From: Octopus sinensis
Taxonomy: Eukaryota
DNA length: 64,000 nt
Reading direction: 5' to 3'
Assembly: GCF_006345805.1 (NCBI RefSeq)
Contig: NC_043018.1
Span: 1,302,001 to 1,366,000, forward strand
Shown here: in pieces, positions 13,790 to 25,834 of the stretch
How the letters are laid out: each line of letters starts with the position of its first letter
Numbering within the stretch: the stretch's first letter is position 1
Made by a program: the position numbers and the translations under genes
The notes under the pieces: model-generated
Databases searched by the model: none
Told to the model about the DNA's origin: nothing
The model's input: the letters and a program-made list of their open reading frames with translations, nothing else

Positions 13790-13990
13790 ACTAATATACC
13801 TGTGAATCGTTGGTGATTTTCTTCCTCCATTTTCCTTTCCTATTGGACTTTCCTCTGTTTCCGAAGAAGAGCATTTGCTCGAAACGTTAAACCTTCTTGC
13901 TTTCCTACCCAAAGCGTCTGCTAATACTTTACACGTCCTCGCGTTTTTGTTGTTTTCTTTTGTGTGTGTTATTTTTGGGATTTACTATAT
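13790..13990 (+). mobile_element. Penelope-like terminal (pLTR) fragment
   Basis: Carries the hammerhead motif at 13857 and abuts unrelated sequence; boundaries approximate. Confidence 0.6.
13857..13892 (+). ncRNA. Minimal type I hammerhead motif, U4C core
   Basis: GTTT CCGAAGA A GAGC attt GCTC GAA ACGT T AAAC: stem I, stem II and palindromic stem III all intact. Confidence 0.65.
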
Positions 13991-14230
13991 ACTGAGTTAG
14001 TCCGCCGCAAGTACTAGTGTAAAATCTTTCACGGAGTGTAACTCTTAAGCTGGTGTGTATATATAGCAGCAAAATTCTTGGTTTTATCATTGTAAATACA
14101 AACAAATTGTTGCCATTTCCAACAACATAATAAACAACAGAGCTGACCATGGGTAAAACACTACCATATGAGGCGAAGTGCAATAATTTTGAGTGATTTT
14201 CCTTGAATCTTGTTAATTGTATTATTGTAG

Positions 14231-14239
14231 GTAACGGAG
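14231..14239 (+). other. Candidate 9-nt frame-preserving microexon
   Basis: ttgttaattgtattattgtag|GTAACGGAG|gtaagt: consensus donor and no other AG in 14193-14228. Confidence 0.45.
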
Positions 14240-14369
14240 GTAAGTTTAATAATATTTTAGTATTAAATTCAAAAAGGTTTCGGTAAATTTTCTAACACAG
14301 AATATCGCGTTTAATATTTCAGCTAACAGAGGTAACACTTGTAAGCCTTCTGAGATATTCCAAAGTCGC

Positions 14370-14490
14370 CTTACCTGCTTGAAATAGCACCCCAAATGTT
14401 CTTACATCAGAATCAAATCCTGGATGTTCAAGAACCAATTGAAGGTCAGATGTGCAATACCAGAATAATCCCGATTCCGAAAAAGGTATA
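14370..14490 (+). mobile_element. RTE-like LINE reverse transcriptase fragment
   Basis: One frame reads DIPKSPYLLEIAPQMFLHQNQILDVQEPIEGQMCNTRIIPIPKK; IIPIPKK(G) is the LINE RT domain-1 motif. Confidence 0.6.
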
Positions 14491-14591
14491 ATATGTCTAT
14501 GTAGAGCAATTGTAGACAGAGATAGAAAGGTTCTGGTGGGAAATAATTTCACACACACAGAAACAGACACACAGACACGCACACAGACACG

Positions 14592-14629
<38 letters not shown>

Positions 14630-14649
14630 TATATATATATACATATATT

Positions 14650-14680
<31 letters not shown>

Positions 14681-15034
14681 AAATAAATATGCATATATAG
14701 TATACATGTAATGTTAACGTTAATAAACTAAGAATATAGAATCTTCTACTTCCTTCTCTAAGCTCTCTGACGACATTACCTCCTCTCTTCCTGAATACAG
14801 CCCCAAAATACAACTAATTGTAATTGCAGTTTTGGAACAATTTGCCCGTTACAAACCCATTACAGAAGATGTAATGTAATTTACAAATGCACTGTCCTTA
14901 ATCTATTACATGGATCTTTTATAGAGCCTGAAACACGTATACCGCGATATATTTGTTTTCTGGTTTTAATTTATATTTGATATATATATATATGCATGTA
15001 TGTATATAATATATGTGTTTATATATATACAGAC

Positions 15035-15084
<50 letters not shown>

Positions 15085-15087
<3 letters not shown>

Positions 15088-15895
15088 CAAGTTGCATATC
15101 AGGCCTCTGCCGTTAGAAGCCAATTGATGCGACATTCCTTCAAGAGTGTACCGACTAGCATCATCTCTTGCGGTCGTACTGTCATGTGATGCATTTTATT
15201 CTGGAGTGCTCCTACCCTCTTCATCGAGTTTTGCTATGTAGAAGCGAAAGAACTGCGTGCTTCCTGGAAATTCTGTTTTCTGCTGGGAAAAACATCGGTT
15301 GGAACAGTTATCAAGCTTGAAACAACTCACAAAGATGCTGCCTTGAGCAAAATATAAGGTTACAACTGGTTTTCACAATTTGGGATTAGTCACTTGTCTC
15401 TTGATGACCAATGTCGTTAAAGCGAACGGGGGCCTCCCGAACGAATTTAAACATCGTCAACATTCATGAACTTGTTGACTTGACCGGTGTCTCGTGGATT
15501 CCTGCCAACGAATATTGAGCGAGGAATTGCGAATGAAAAGAGTTGCAGCAAAATTTGTGCCTCACTTGCTCACGCGAGATCAAAATCAGTCATGGCTGAA
15601 TGCATGTCATGACCTGAATGAAAAGTTGGGATGGGAGCCCGGCTATTCTTCGAAGGTCATTACTGGTGACGAAAGCTGGTGCTACGGAATTTGCAGATGT
15701 TGAAGATGTGAAGAACAAAAAAACACTGTCGTGTTAAAGGGAAAGAGTTCCAGCATTGTTTACGACAGTGGAAAATGCGGGTGGGGCGATGAATTGCTTC
15801 AAATGGAGAATAATTTGAAGGCAATAAAAGTTTAAACATGTCAGTAAGTGAATAGGATATTATAAAATTCCGAATTCTTTTGGGATCCCCTCGTA
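15085..15895 (+). mobile_element. Internally deleted, decayed mariner transposon
   Basis: Broken frames give KFCFLLGKT..(HTH), MKRVAAKFVPHLLT (WVPHxL linker), [10 protein letters not shown] (first catalytic D) and C-terminal QW...NGE*FEG; ends in ttttgggatcccctcgta. Confidence 0.88.
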
Positions 15896-15941
15896 TCCAT
15901 GTATATGATTGTGTGTATATATATATATATACACACCCATT

Positions 15942-15974
<33 letters not shown>

Positions 15975-15994
15975 ATGCATATATATATATATGC

Positions 15995-16029
<35 letters not shown>

Positions 16030-16069
16030 ATATATAATATATATATATGCATATATATATATATATATA

Positions 16070-16141
<72 letters not shown>

Positions 16142-16190
16142 AATGGAGGAAATTTATCTGTAAAATAATATGTGACAATATTCGGTGGCC

Positions 16191-16255
16191 AAGATAAAAC
16201 TCTGAGTTTCGAATGCCGAGGTGTAAATCCACAACACCATCTCTTCGGTTATCTT
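16191..16255 (-). ncRNA. Type I hammerhead motif (PLE end), U4C core, long stem II
   Basis: Reverse complement: AAGATAA CCGAAGA G...C GAA ACTC A GAGT T TTATCTT, giving a perfect 7-bp stem I and a near-palindromic stem III. Confidence 0.7.
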
Positions 16256-16286
<31 letters not shown>

Positions 16287-16287
16287 G

Positions 16288-16328
<41 letters not shown>

Positions 16329-16482
16329 AGCGTTATATGCTTCCTAAATTGATTAAGTTATCCACTATACTAAAAAGTGACTCAATCTGCTGAGAATGTT
16401 AGAATGTAGGTTATAAATAGTATAAACCACATACTTGTATGTATGTGCGTGTATGTGTGTGGTTGTGTGTTTGTGTTTCTCT

Positions 16483-16526
<44 letters not shown>

Positions 16527-16921
16527 CTCTGCGTCCGACTACGTGTGTTCTCAATTTGTTTTAAATGTATAGTTGTATTTTATCAAATTATCTTCTTTTG
16601 ATTTTAATTTTTTTTAAATCAAATTATTATATATACTTTTTTTTTTGCTGGCTGTCTACTTTAAAAGAACAAATTTAAAAATTCAATTTTTCCTGTCTAG
16701 TTTGTTAGTAAACAAAACGAAAAAAAAAATGTTTCAAGAATTAGGTTACGAGGAAAGAGGAAATAAATATATAGATGTAATAATGAAAGTTGCTTTGTAA
16801 AATGGAAGTTGGTGATTGAGCACGTGGAAAAATTAATATTTGAAATGAAAACATCAAAGAAGCATATAATGTATAAATAAAACTCTTTTTTGGTCTAAAA
16901 ATTACTTCGATGTTTACACGA

Positions 16922-17020
<99 letters not shown>

Positions 17021-17062
17021 TAATAATAATAATAGTAGTAGCAGTTGTAGTAGTAGTAGTAA
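16922..17062. repeat. (CTA)n(ATA)n(GTA)n compound microsatellite
   Basis: Direct reading. Confidence 0.95.
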
Positions 17063-17239
17063 TGATATTAAGAATGATAATTCGTGTTATGTTTAATATT
17101 ATTGTTGTACAAAATTAAATTGTAAATGTATTTTCAAAATTAAACAAATTACGAATTTCCTGTATTCACACATCGACTCCACAATGTAAAACGTGCTTAC
17201 ATCCACATGCACGATGATAAGTCCACATAAGCATGTGTG

Positions 17240-17273
<34 letters not shown>

Positions 17274-17301
17274 CATATATACACACACACATATATATAT
17301 A

Positions 17302-17352
<51 letters not shown>

Positions 17353-17582
17353 AGAGAGAGAGAGGAGAGAGAGAGAGAGCGAGAGAGAGAGAGACAGTTT
17401 GCTAGAGATGTATATGTACATGAGTGTATGGGTATTACTCTATATGCTGAAACACATACGCATACACACACAAACACACACATATATCAACGTATATGCG
17501 TATACTCGCGTCAATATATTTATCAAAACAAATATATATTTGCATATGTAGAAATGTATCAATACAAATTCATATACATATG

Positions 17583-17631
<49 letters not shown>

Positions 17632-17665
17632 TGTATATATATATATATATATATGATGTATTATC

Positions 17666-17701
<36 letters not shown>

Positions 17702-18139
17702 ATATTATATATATATATTATATATATATGTATATGTATATGTATATATATTCATATATATTTATATGAAAGAATGCATCCATGCTCGTTTGCTTATATT
17801 TTGCAAGTATGCATATAGATACACCAATACACACCTATGTCTGCTTAGGCATACACCAATATACACACACTGATACGATATTCAATATCTCGAATGGGAT
17901 CTATTTGAGTTATCTACGTGAAATATGGAAAATTTAATTTCGTATTATTTCTTTAATCAATTCCATTTGCAACGTGGATATTTACATGCATACTTAGATA
18001 CACTAATATATCTCTCCTACCTGTTCAGCAAATTTAGAAATATTCTTATTCAGCATGAATTTCAAATTAGTTGTATGTGATTACGAACATCTACAATTTC
18101 AATTTAGAATTCTTCGAACATTATATGGATTCAAAATTT

Positions 18140-18329
18140 GGTAAGAGGCCAGAAATCTCGGGCAAGGTTCTAAGGTAATTATATTGTCCAATTACTCAGC
18201 TGGTACTTATTTTATAGACCTCGAACGAATGAAAGGCGATGTCGACCTCGGCTGAATTCGAACTCAGAAGGTAAATGCCGCTGTGCATTTCGCCCGGCAT
18301 GGTAACAATTCTGCCATCTCGCCGCCTTA
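18140..18329 (-). mobile_element. SINE family C-related, diverged
   Basis: gaaaggcgatgtcgacctcggctgaattcgaactcagaa...catttcgcccggc...ctgccatctcgccgcctta. Confidence 0.75.
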
Positions 18330-18361
18330 CCTTCGAACATTATATTAACGTTCACAAGATA

Positions 18362-18768
18362 GTGAGCTGGCAGAAACGTTAGCACGCCGGGCGAAATGCG
18401 TAGCTGTATTTCGTTTGCCGTTACGTTCTCAGTTCAAATTCTGCCGAGACCGAATTTGCCTTTCTTCGTTACGGGGTCGATTACATCAGTACCAGTTACG
18501 CACTGGGGTCGATATAATCGACTTAATCCGTTTGTCTGTCCTTGTTTGTCTTCTCTATGTTTAGCCCCTTGTGGGTAGTAAAAAATTGTTATTTCGTCTG
18601 CCGCTACGTTCTGAGATCAAATTCCGCCGAGGTCGAATTTGCTTTTCATCATTTCGAGGTCGATAAGTTAAGTACCATTTACGAACTGGGTCGCTGTAAT
18701 CGACTTAATCCGTTTGTCTGTCCTTCTTTGTCCCCTTTAGGTTTAGCCCATTGTGGGCTATAAAGAAA
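18362..18768 (+). mobile_element. SINE family C, full copy plus tandem partial copy
   Basis: gagctggcagaaacgttagcacgccgggcg... to 18586, then a second body starts at atttcgtctgccgctacg. Confidence 0.9.
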
Positions 18769-18775
18769 GTGTTTT

Positions 18776-18866
18776 GCTCAAAACACCAACGCGTCACCCG
18801 GTCCAGGAATCGAAACCACAATTTTACGATAATGATGCTGACATCCTAACCACTAAGTCACGCCTC

Positions 18867-18870
<4 letters not shown>
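18776..18870 (-). mobile_element. SINE family D head fragment
   Basis: Reverse complement begins ggaggcgtgacttagtggttagga (A box) with gtttcgattcc (B box). Confidence 0.6.
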
Positions 18871-18917
<47 letters not shown>

Positions 18918-18928
18918 TATTATATATA

Positions 18929-19011
<83 letters not shown>

Positions 19012-19020
19012 TTTATATAT

Positions 19021-19088
19021 AACGGGAAGCTTTATGAAAATAAACAAAAGACGAAGGCAGGTGGAAAACAAACGAACAATTGTATTAG

Positions 19089-19091
<3 letters not shown>
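19021..19091. mobile_element. Penelope-like fragment (same as 31079-31150)
   Basis: cgggaagctttatgaaaata.acaaaagacgaaggcaggtggaaaacaaac is shared with the hammerhead-bearing copy at 31079. Confidence 0.7.
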
Positions 19092-19145
<54 letters not shown>

Positions 19146-20122
19146 GTATATCACATTCATATATAAACAGACGTGAGTATATACACGTATACAAGTATGC
19201 ATTTATGCATGCATTGATATACTCGCGTTATTATTTACTATATCGGAAATTTTTCATTTATCCGAGATCAAGAAACAGACATAAACGCTAAAATATAATA
19301 GCTACCCGTTTCTGCCATCTGGAACAGGGAACAAAACTGTGTTCTTGTATTATACTTTATATCAACATGCACAAATGCTGCGTATTTTAATAACAGGGCA
19401 TTCCAGTAGTATTGTTGCTAATAAGCTGTTAGAATAAAGTTGATCCTTCTTAGACGGTTTATATTATGATGGCTGTGTTTTCTATATTTCGTAATTTCAC
19501 ACTGTCGTTTCATTTCAGTGGATTTGATAGGAATCTTGCCATGATATGCTGAAGATTATTCTGTTCACTTGCTGTGAAATTATGGAGTATGGATTCGGAA
19601 AATATTCTTAAATGTTATCTGCCGCATTTGCATAGTGTTGCTCTGTTAGAATGAGGCATCGCCGAATGTGAAACTAATAAATTGGAGGAAAACGAAAAAG
19701 GGAATTATAAAAAAAAAAAATACATATGTTTATTTGCTGTGTTTGATTTGCAATATGCGATGGATTTCTATAGTAATCTACGCAGACCCGATGTGAAGTG
19801 TCGATTACACTTGATCTGGGGCAAACCAACTTAGTCTGTAAATAACTGACTGGGGGTTTCAGAAACAAGGCTCAGTATCTTTGAAATTACGCTGCAATGC
19901 TTTAAAAAGTGGATATTGTATAAGTGATTGTAAAGGCAAAGCACTTTTTTATCGAGGATGGATTAGAGCGTAATCCAGAGTTGGTTAAATGAATGGATTT
20001 TCGTGGAAGTCCAAGGAATTATCCTAATACACATGATACACTCATTCGACACGCAAGCATAACTGCACACACACGCACACACATAGACACACACAAACGC
20101 ACGCACACACATTTGAAGGATG

Positions 20123-20158
<36 letters not shown>

Positions 20159-20270
20159 ATACATGTATGTATGTATATACCAGAATGAGCACGTAAATGT
20201 GAAACAAGATGGAAGAAATAGAACTTGAATACCAGAGGTAATGTCCTTTGTATATGTGTGTATATATATA

Positions 20271-20664
20271 TACTCTTTTACTCTTTTACTTGTTTCAGTC
20301 GTTTGACTGCGGCCATGCTGGAGCACCGCCTTTAGTCGAGCAAATCGACCCCGGGACTTATTCTTTGTAAGCCCAGTACTTATTCTATTGGCCTCTTTTT
20401 GCCGAACCGCTAAGTGACGGGGACGTAAACACACCAGCATCGGTTGTCAAGCAATGCTAGGGACACACACACAAACACACATATACATATATACATATAT
20501 ACAACAGTCTTCTTTCAGTTTCCTTCTACCAAATCTACTCACAAGGCATTGGTCGGCCCGGGGCTATAGCAGAAGACACTTGCCCAAGATGCCACGCAGT
20601 GGGACTGAACCCGGAACCATGTGGTTGGTAAACAAGCTACTTACCACACAGCCACTCCTGCGCC
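20271..20664 (-). mobile_element. SINE family A, full length
   Basis: Reverse complement starts ggcgcaggagtggctgtgtggtaag and ends in (gtaaaaga)n. Confidence 0.92.
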
Positions 20665-21093
20665 TATATATATATTGAGTCAAAACTATTGAAAATGTTG
20701 CAAGACGCAAAGAAAATTTCAGAATATAAAAATAAGAAATAAGTGAAGTGAAAATTTTACCGGTGAGTGTGTTAAATAATAAGGCACTAAAAGAGTATGA
20801 CTCTCCCCAGACACAACAATATATATATCCGTATGTGCATATATGTACGTGTATGCAGATAGAAACAAAAAATACATAGAATTAGTATTTGATATTCATT
20901 TCATATTCATTATTCTCTAACTTCTTTAAACACACACCGTACGGTCATCGTTCGCTGCAACGAGACTATCATTATCTTCTCTTTCGTTGTTTTGTTTTAC
21001 TTACGAATGATAGCTATAGCATTTCTCTTCGGTAGTGTTGACTATAAGATTCAGTTGTCTATTCACCTGTTAAAAAGAATTACCAAACGATAT

Positions 21094-21121
21094 GCTACTA
21101 CTACTACTACTACTACTACTG

Positions 21122-21178
<57 letters not shown>

Positions 21179-21196
21179 GCAGTAGTAGTAGTAGTA
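21094..21196. repeat. (CTA)n/(GTA)n microsatellite
   Basis: Direct reading. Confidence 0.95.
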
Positions 21197-21319
21197 CCGC
21201 CACCACCATATCTCCTGCGTCTACTGGGGCTCTAAATATTTTCGCAGATATAGTGTTTTGTACTACTCAATATTTATATAAATGTTCGTCGAACCTATAT
21301 ATATATATATTATATATAT

Positions 21320-21361
<42 letters not shown>

Positions 21362-21438
21362 CAGTAAAAAGGGTAGAATTAATTAATTGTTAATCAATTC
21401 GACCAAGCAGTATTCGGTATGTAAAAAGACCGTTTACG

Positions 21439-21475
<37 letters not shown>

Positions 21476-22079
21476 GATGTGTACATTACACATGAATACA
21501 CAATATACTTGGTGATGAAAGCCATCTCAGAGAGGAAAAGAGATGAGCCTGTTTATTTTCAATGTCATTCTGGGATTTCATCAGCTACTGAATTTACACT
21601 TGAACTTGCGGATTGAATCAATGTCTTTAAATCCAACATAAGTGTGAGCCGAAAGAATTTAGAAAGACTACTTGCCATAAGCATGTAACGTTTACAATTA
21701 CCAGAATACCAGTGGACTAACTATGTTTTACTTTGATATTATGCGGTGATGCAAACCATAGGTATACATTTCAGTGATCACTGTATGTTCAGACATAAAT
21801 AATCACTTCTTATTTATATATAACTATTCGGGAACAGAAAAAAAAAAACTGAGAACTGAATCGTTAATGAAATACCAATAGAGTATTGGAGTTACTAGAC
21901 AAGTTTAAAAATGTCCAGGATTAACCCCCCATATTGGGTCCACAATTATATTGCTTATATATGCAAGGGAGTAATCTCACATTAGCTAGAAGGTTTGATA
22001 TAAATATCTATATATACTTTTCGTATATATCATATTTAAACACGAAATAGGCATCAATATGTTACTAACGCTAAGTCTT

Positions 22080-22290
22080 TGAGCTGGCAGAAGCCTTAAC
22101 ACGCTGGGCAAAATTCTTAGCAGCATTTCGTCCGTTCTGTGTTCAAATCCTGCCGAGGTTGATTTTGCCTTTCATCCTTTTGGGGTCGATAACATGAATA
22201 CCAGTTGAACGTTGATGTTGATGTAATCAGCTTAACCCTCCTCCCCCAAACTGCTGGCTTTGTTGCCATGTTCGAAACCGATATCTTACT
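22080..22290 (+). mobile_element. SINE family C-related, diverged
   Basis: gagctggcagaagccttaacacgctgggc...gttcaaatcctgccgaggttgattttgcctttcatcc. Confidence 0.75.
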
Positions 22291-24052
22291 GACAGTAGCA
22301 AATCAAAGTATTCCGGCGAGCTTAATTGCTGTATAATCCCTTTAAAGAGGTATGGTCAGTCCAATAATTGCTGCACTTAAGCAATCATGATCACATCATC
22401 ACGAACAATATTCCAGAGAATACAGGGAATTGGAAACCTGAAATGTACCTGAAATTGATAAAATGAATAGAGTATGGTAGGGCTGCACCTGAAACGTGAA
22501 ACTATTTAATGATAAGCTGAAATAACTTGAAACAAATTGTAACTGAATAACCGGCAAAAGAAATCTTAATTTTCAAGCGTATCATACAACAAGCATGAAG
22601 CAACGTTAAACATTGTGGAACAGTAAAATGTTCCCGACAGCTTACATTTCAAAGCTTAACAAGCATTAACCATGCAAGGAAAATATAACTGAACTAAAAT
22701 CAGAGAGCATTTTATAACTATTGATATAGCTGGGAAAAACGTATGACTAAGAGAGACAGCAATCAAATAAGTGAAGAGAAAACAGAGCATGGTTTTCCCT
22801 TCTACAAAACTCTTTACATAGTTTTTCCTGCATGTAACAGGAACATTTGACCATGTCTTTGGTAGCACTAAGAAAACGTAGGTACGTCATGCATCTCAAA
22901 ATGATGCGTTAAAATTTTCCGTAAATACAGACGAAAGAGGAAATAATAGAAGCTATTTATAAAAAGAGGAATATTCTAATGGAAAATGCCCTTCAGAGCT
23001 ACTTTTCTTCCGGTGTTAAAGCCCTGAAGTGACCAGTTGCACTCAACTGACGCGTATAAACGCGATGAAAGAAAATTAAGAAAAAGTATTTGGTACACGC
23101 GGTCGACATTAAAGCATGCGCTGCAGGTAATCAGCGACAAAAGATCTTCCCATGCTCACACTGCACTAAGATGCTAGAGGCATTGATAAGTGATGCTTCT
23201 TTAAAAAAAAATATCCCTTGGCAATGTTGAAGAGAAGACAATATCAGTATAGCCATGTGAAACAGAGAAGCAGAGATGAGATTATAAAACTATATTACGA
23301 AGACTTATGAAGTGATATCCTTGAGTACAAGACACAAACATTCTTAGAATGTGCTAGACATAAATAAATTTCTTCCTCTATTCGATATCTAGGATACTAA
23401 CGCATTTGCAAAGGCATATCTAATATTCTTTTACTTCTTTACATAGTTATAAATGAAGAAAAACATAGTAAGAGACAAGAATACGGTGCTTTTTGCAATT
23501 ACTGCCGTCTATTGGAATTATTGCCAGCTTTATGCTAAATTATTTAACATTTGACATGTACTCAAGGAAAATAATGGAGAAGTTTTGAATATTTCACCTG
23601 TAATTAGAAAGGTTGCTTTTTCTTCATATAGAGACATATGAGAAAATTTAACTGTCAGAAAACAATTGTAAAGTATCTTATGAAAATACTAAAATAGAGG
23701 CATAAAGTTTGAATCAAAGAAAACTATATTATTCTACTTTCAAAGAAGATATGAAATGCAAATGGAGCCGAAATTAATAGATGCTTACGAAAATAATCGA
23801 AATGCAATAACGGATAATTTGAATACTAAAAACAATGGAGTTTTGGAATTCCATCCATCTTAAAATATGGTTAAAATAAGACATTACATGTCTAATAAGT
23901 TACGATCTTGGTTGCAAATTGCCGTTTCCATAGAAAAAAGTCATAATTTTAATTTGGAGCTCGGAATTCAAGTTTCCGCCTGGAGGATCTTCAATACTTT
24001 CCAAGAGGAACCGCAAATGCAAATATCATTAAGCAGACTATATACTGTTAAT

Positions 24053-24434
24053 GGAGGCGCAATGGCCCAGTGGTTAGGGCAGCGGACTCGCGGTCATAGG
24101 ATCGCAGTTTCGATTCCCAGACCGGGCGTTGTGAGTGTTTATTGAGCGAAAACGCCTAAACCTCCACGAGGCTCCGGCAGGGATGGTGGTGATCCCTGCT
24201 GTACTCTTTCACCACAACTTTCTCTCACTCTTACTTCCTGTTTCTGTTGTACCTGTATTTCAAGGGGCCGGCCTTGTCACTCTCTGTGTCACGCTGAATA
24301 TCCCCGAGAACTACGTTAAGGGTACACGTGTCTGTGGAGTGCTCAGCCACTTACACGTTAATTTCACGAGCAGGCTGTTCCGTTGATTCGGATCAACCGG
24401 AACCCTCGTTGTCGTAACCGACGGAGTGCTTCCA
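24053..24434 (+). mobile_element. SINE family B (tRNA-like head) with TSD
   Basis: Head ggaggcgcaatggcccagtggttagggcagcggactcgcgg...tttcgattccc; flanked by direct repeat atactgttaatg. Confidence 0.93.
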
Positions 24435-24718
24435 TACTGTTAATGCCTTAGAGGAGAAGGGCTAGATACAGCTAACCACGCTCTCCTTACTGTCAGAGAC
24501 TTAGCAAAAAGAGAATACGACAAGAGTTTGAGAATGGAAGAGATCCTAGTATATGAAAGAGACTTTTTGATTTGTCTCATGCCAAACCACAAATTTGAGA
24601 CCTACTCGTTATTCGATATGCTATCGTTGTCAAGCCTAACAAAAAATGTTGTGATACATCTGATCGCCGTATCACTTCGAACAATCGATAGTGTCCAACT
24701 AAAATAATTTCAGACAGT

Positions 24719-25085
24719 GGGAAGCACTCCGTCGGTTACGACGACGAGGGTTCCGGTTGATCCGAATCAACGGAACAGCCTGCTCGTGAAATTAACGTGT
24801 AAGTGGCTGAGCACTCCATAGACACGTGCACCCTTAACGTAGTTCTCGGGGATATTCAGCATGACACAGAGAGTGTACACAGGTACAACAGAAATAGGAA
24901 GTAAGAGTGAGAGAAAGTTGTGGTGAAAGAGTACAGCAGGGATCACCACCATCCCCTGCCGGAGCCTCGTGGAGCTTTAGGTGTTTTCGCTCAATAAACA
25001 CTCACAACGCCTGGTCTGGGAATCGAAACCGCGATCCTATGACCGCGAGTCCGCTGCCCTAACCACTGGGCCATTGCGCCTCCAC
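24719..25085 (-). mobile_element. SINE family B with 13-bp TSD
   Basis: TSD aatttcagacagt at 24706-24718 and 25086-25098; small internal deletion. Confidence 0.93.
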
Positions 25086-25834
25086 AATTTCAGACAGTAA
25101 CCTAAGTTATACATCTGAAAAATGAGTCCACCAGAAGGTATGAACGAAAGCCCAAATAAAGGAATCATCTCATATTAGGCGCATTGAAAATTGTTAGAAA
25201 ATTCTCTAGTGCATACATTTTGGAGAATATAAATATTAAATTTAATCGAACTAGAAAATAACTGTAAATCATTCAGTTGGAAAACCTATCAATATATTTC
25301 CGGAATTTTCAATAGACACAAACGTGTATACATGATTACAAAAATGTTCAAAAGCTATAAGAATTTTTTTTTTAAATCAACACAGAGGACATTATATTTT
25401 TGCTAGCTATAGATGGCAAAACTAGAATGTTATTCTAGAACCACCCAAAAAGAATCTTTATTTGTAGATTAATCTGATAATTGAGTACAATAAACGAATC
25501 AGGTAAATATTAATATGGCTTTCATATTAAAATGGAATTGTAAAAAAAAAAAGCAGTTGTCATGCCATTCATTAACTAGAAAATAACTGAGATAGTGAGC
25601 TGAAACAGAACACACGAAGAGATTCTGACATCACTGTGATGTCGATAAACTGCAACTGTATATAAATGCAATACTAAGAACTTGCATATAAGGTGCAGAA
25701 TGATAAGTATGAGACAAGAAATACAATTTGAATAGAGGTAGAGGAATTTTACTATAATTACTATATTGAAAGAAAGAAAGGAAAACAAATCAGCTATGTA
25801 TATAATCGTTGCTACTAAATGCACAAATCCTGAA

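Larger units (their letters stand above)
22400..25830 (+). mobile_element. Probable very old LINE body (R4/Dong-like?) interrupted by SINEs
   Basis: Purine-rich plus strand with scattered RT-like peptides (IRYLG near 23380, DVDKLQLY near 25625) lying upstream of the clear R4/Dong-type C-terminus at 28070; continuity is inferred. Confidence 0.35.

Noticed and set aside
14319-14520. Minus-strand ORF with FDSDVRTFGVLFQA, resembling a CUB C-terminus
   Set aside because: The plus strand gives the LINE RT motif IIPIPKK, a better explanation.
24053-24130. tRNA-like sequences at SINE heads (also 33997, 45190, 54049 and others)
   Set aside because: A and B boxes are present but each runs straight into a SINE body with a TSD; no complete cloverleaf, so not called tRNA genes.
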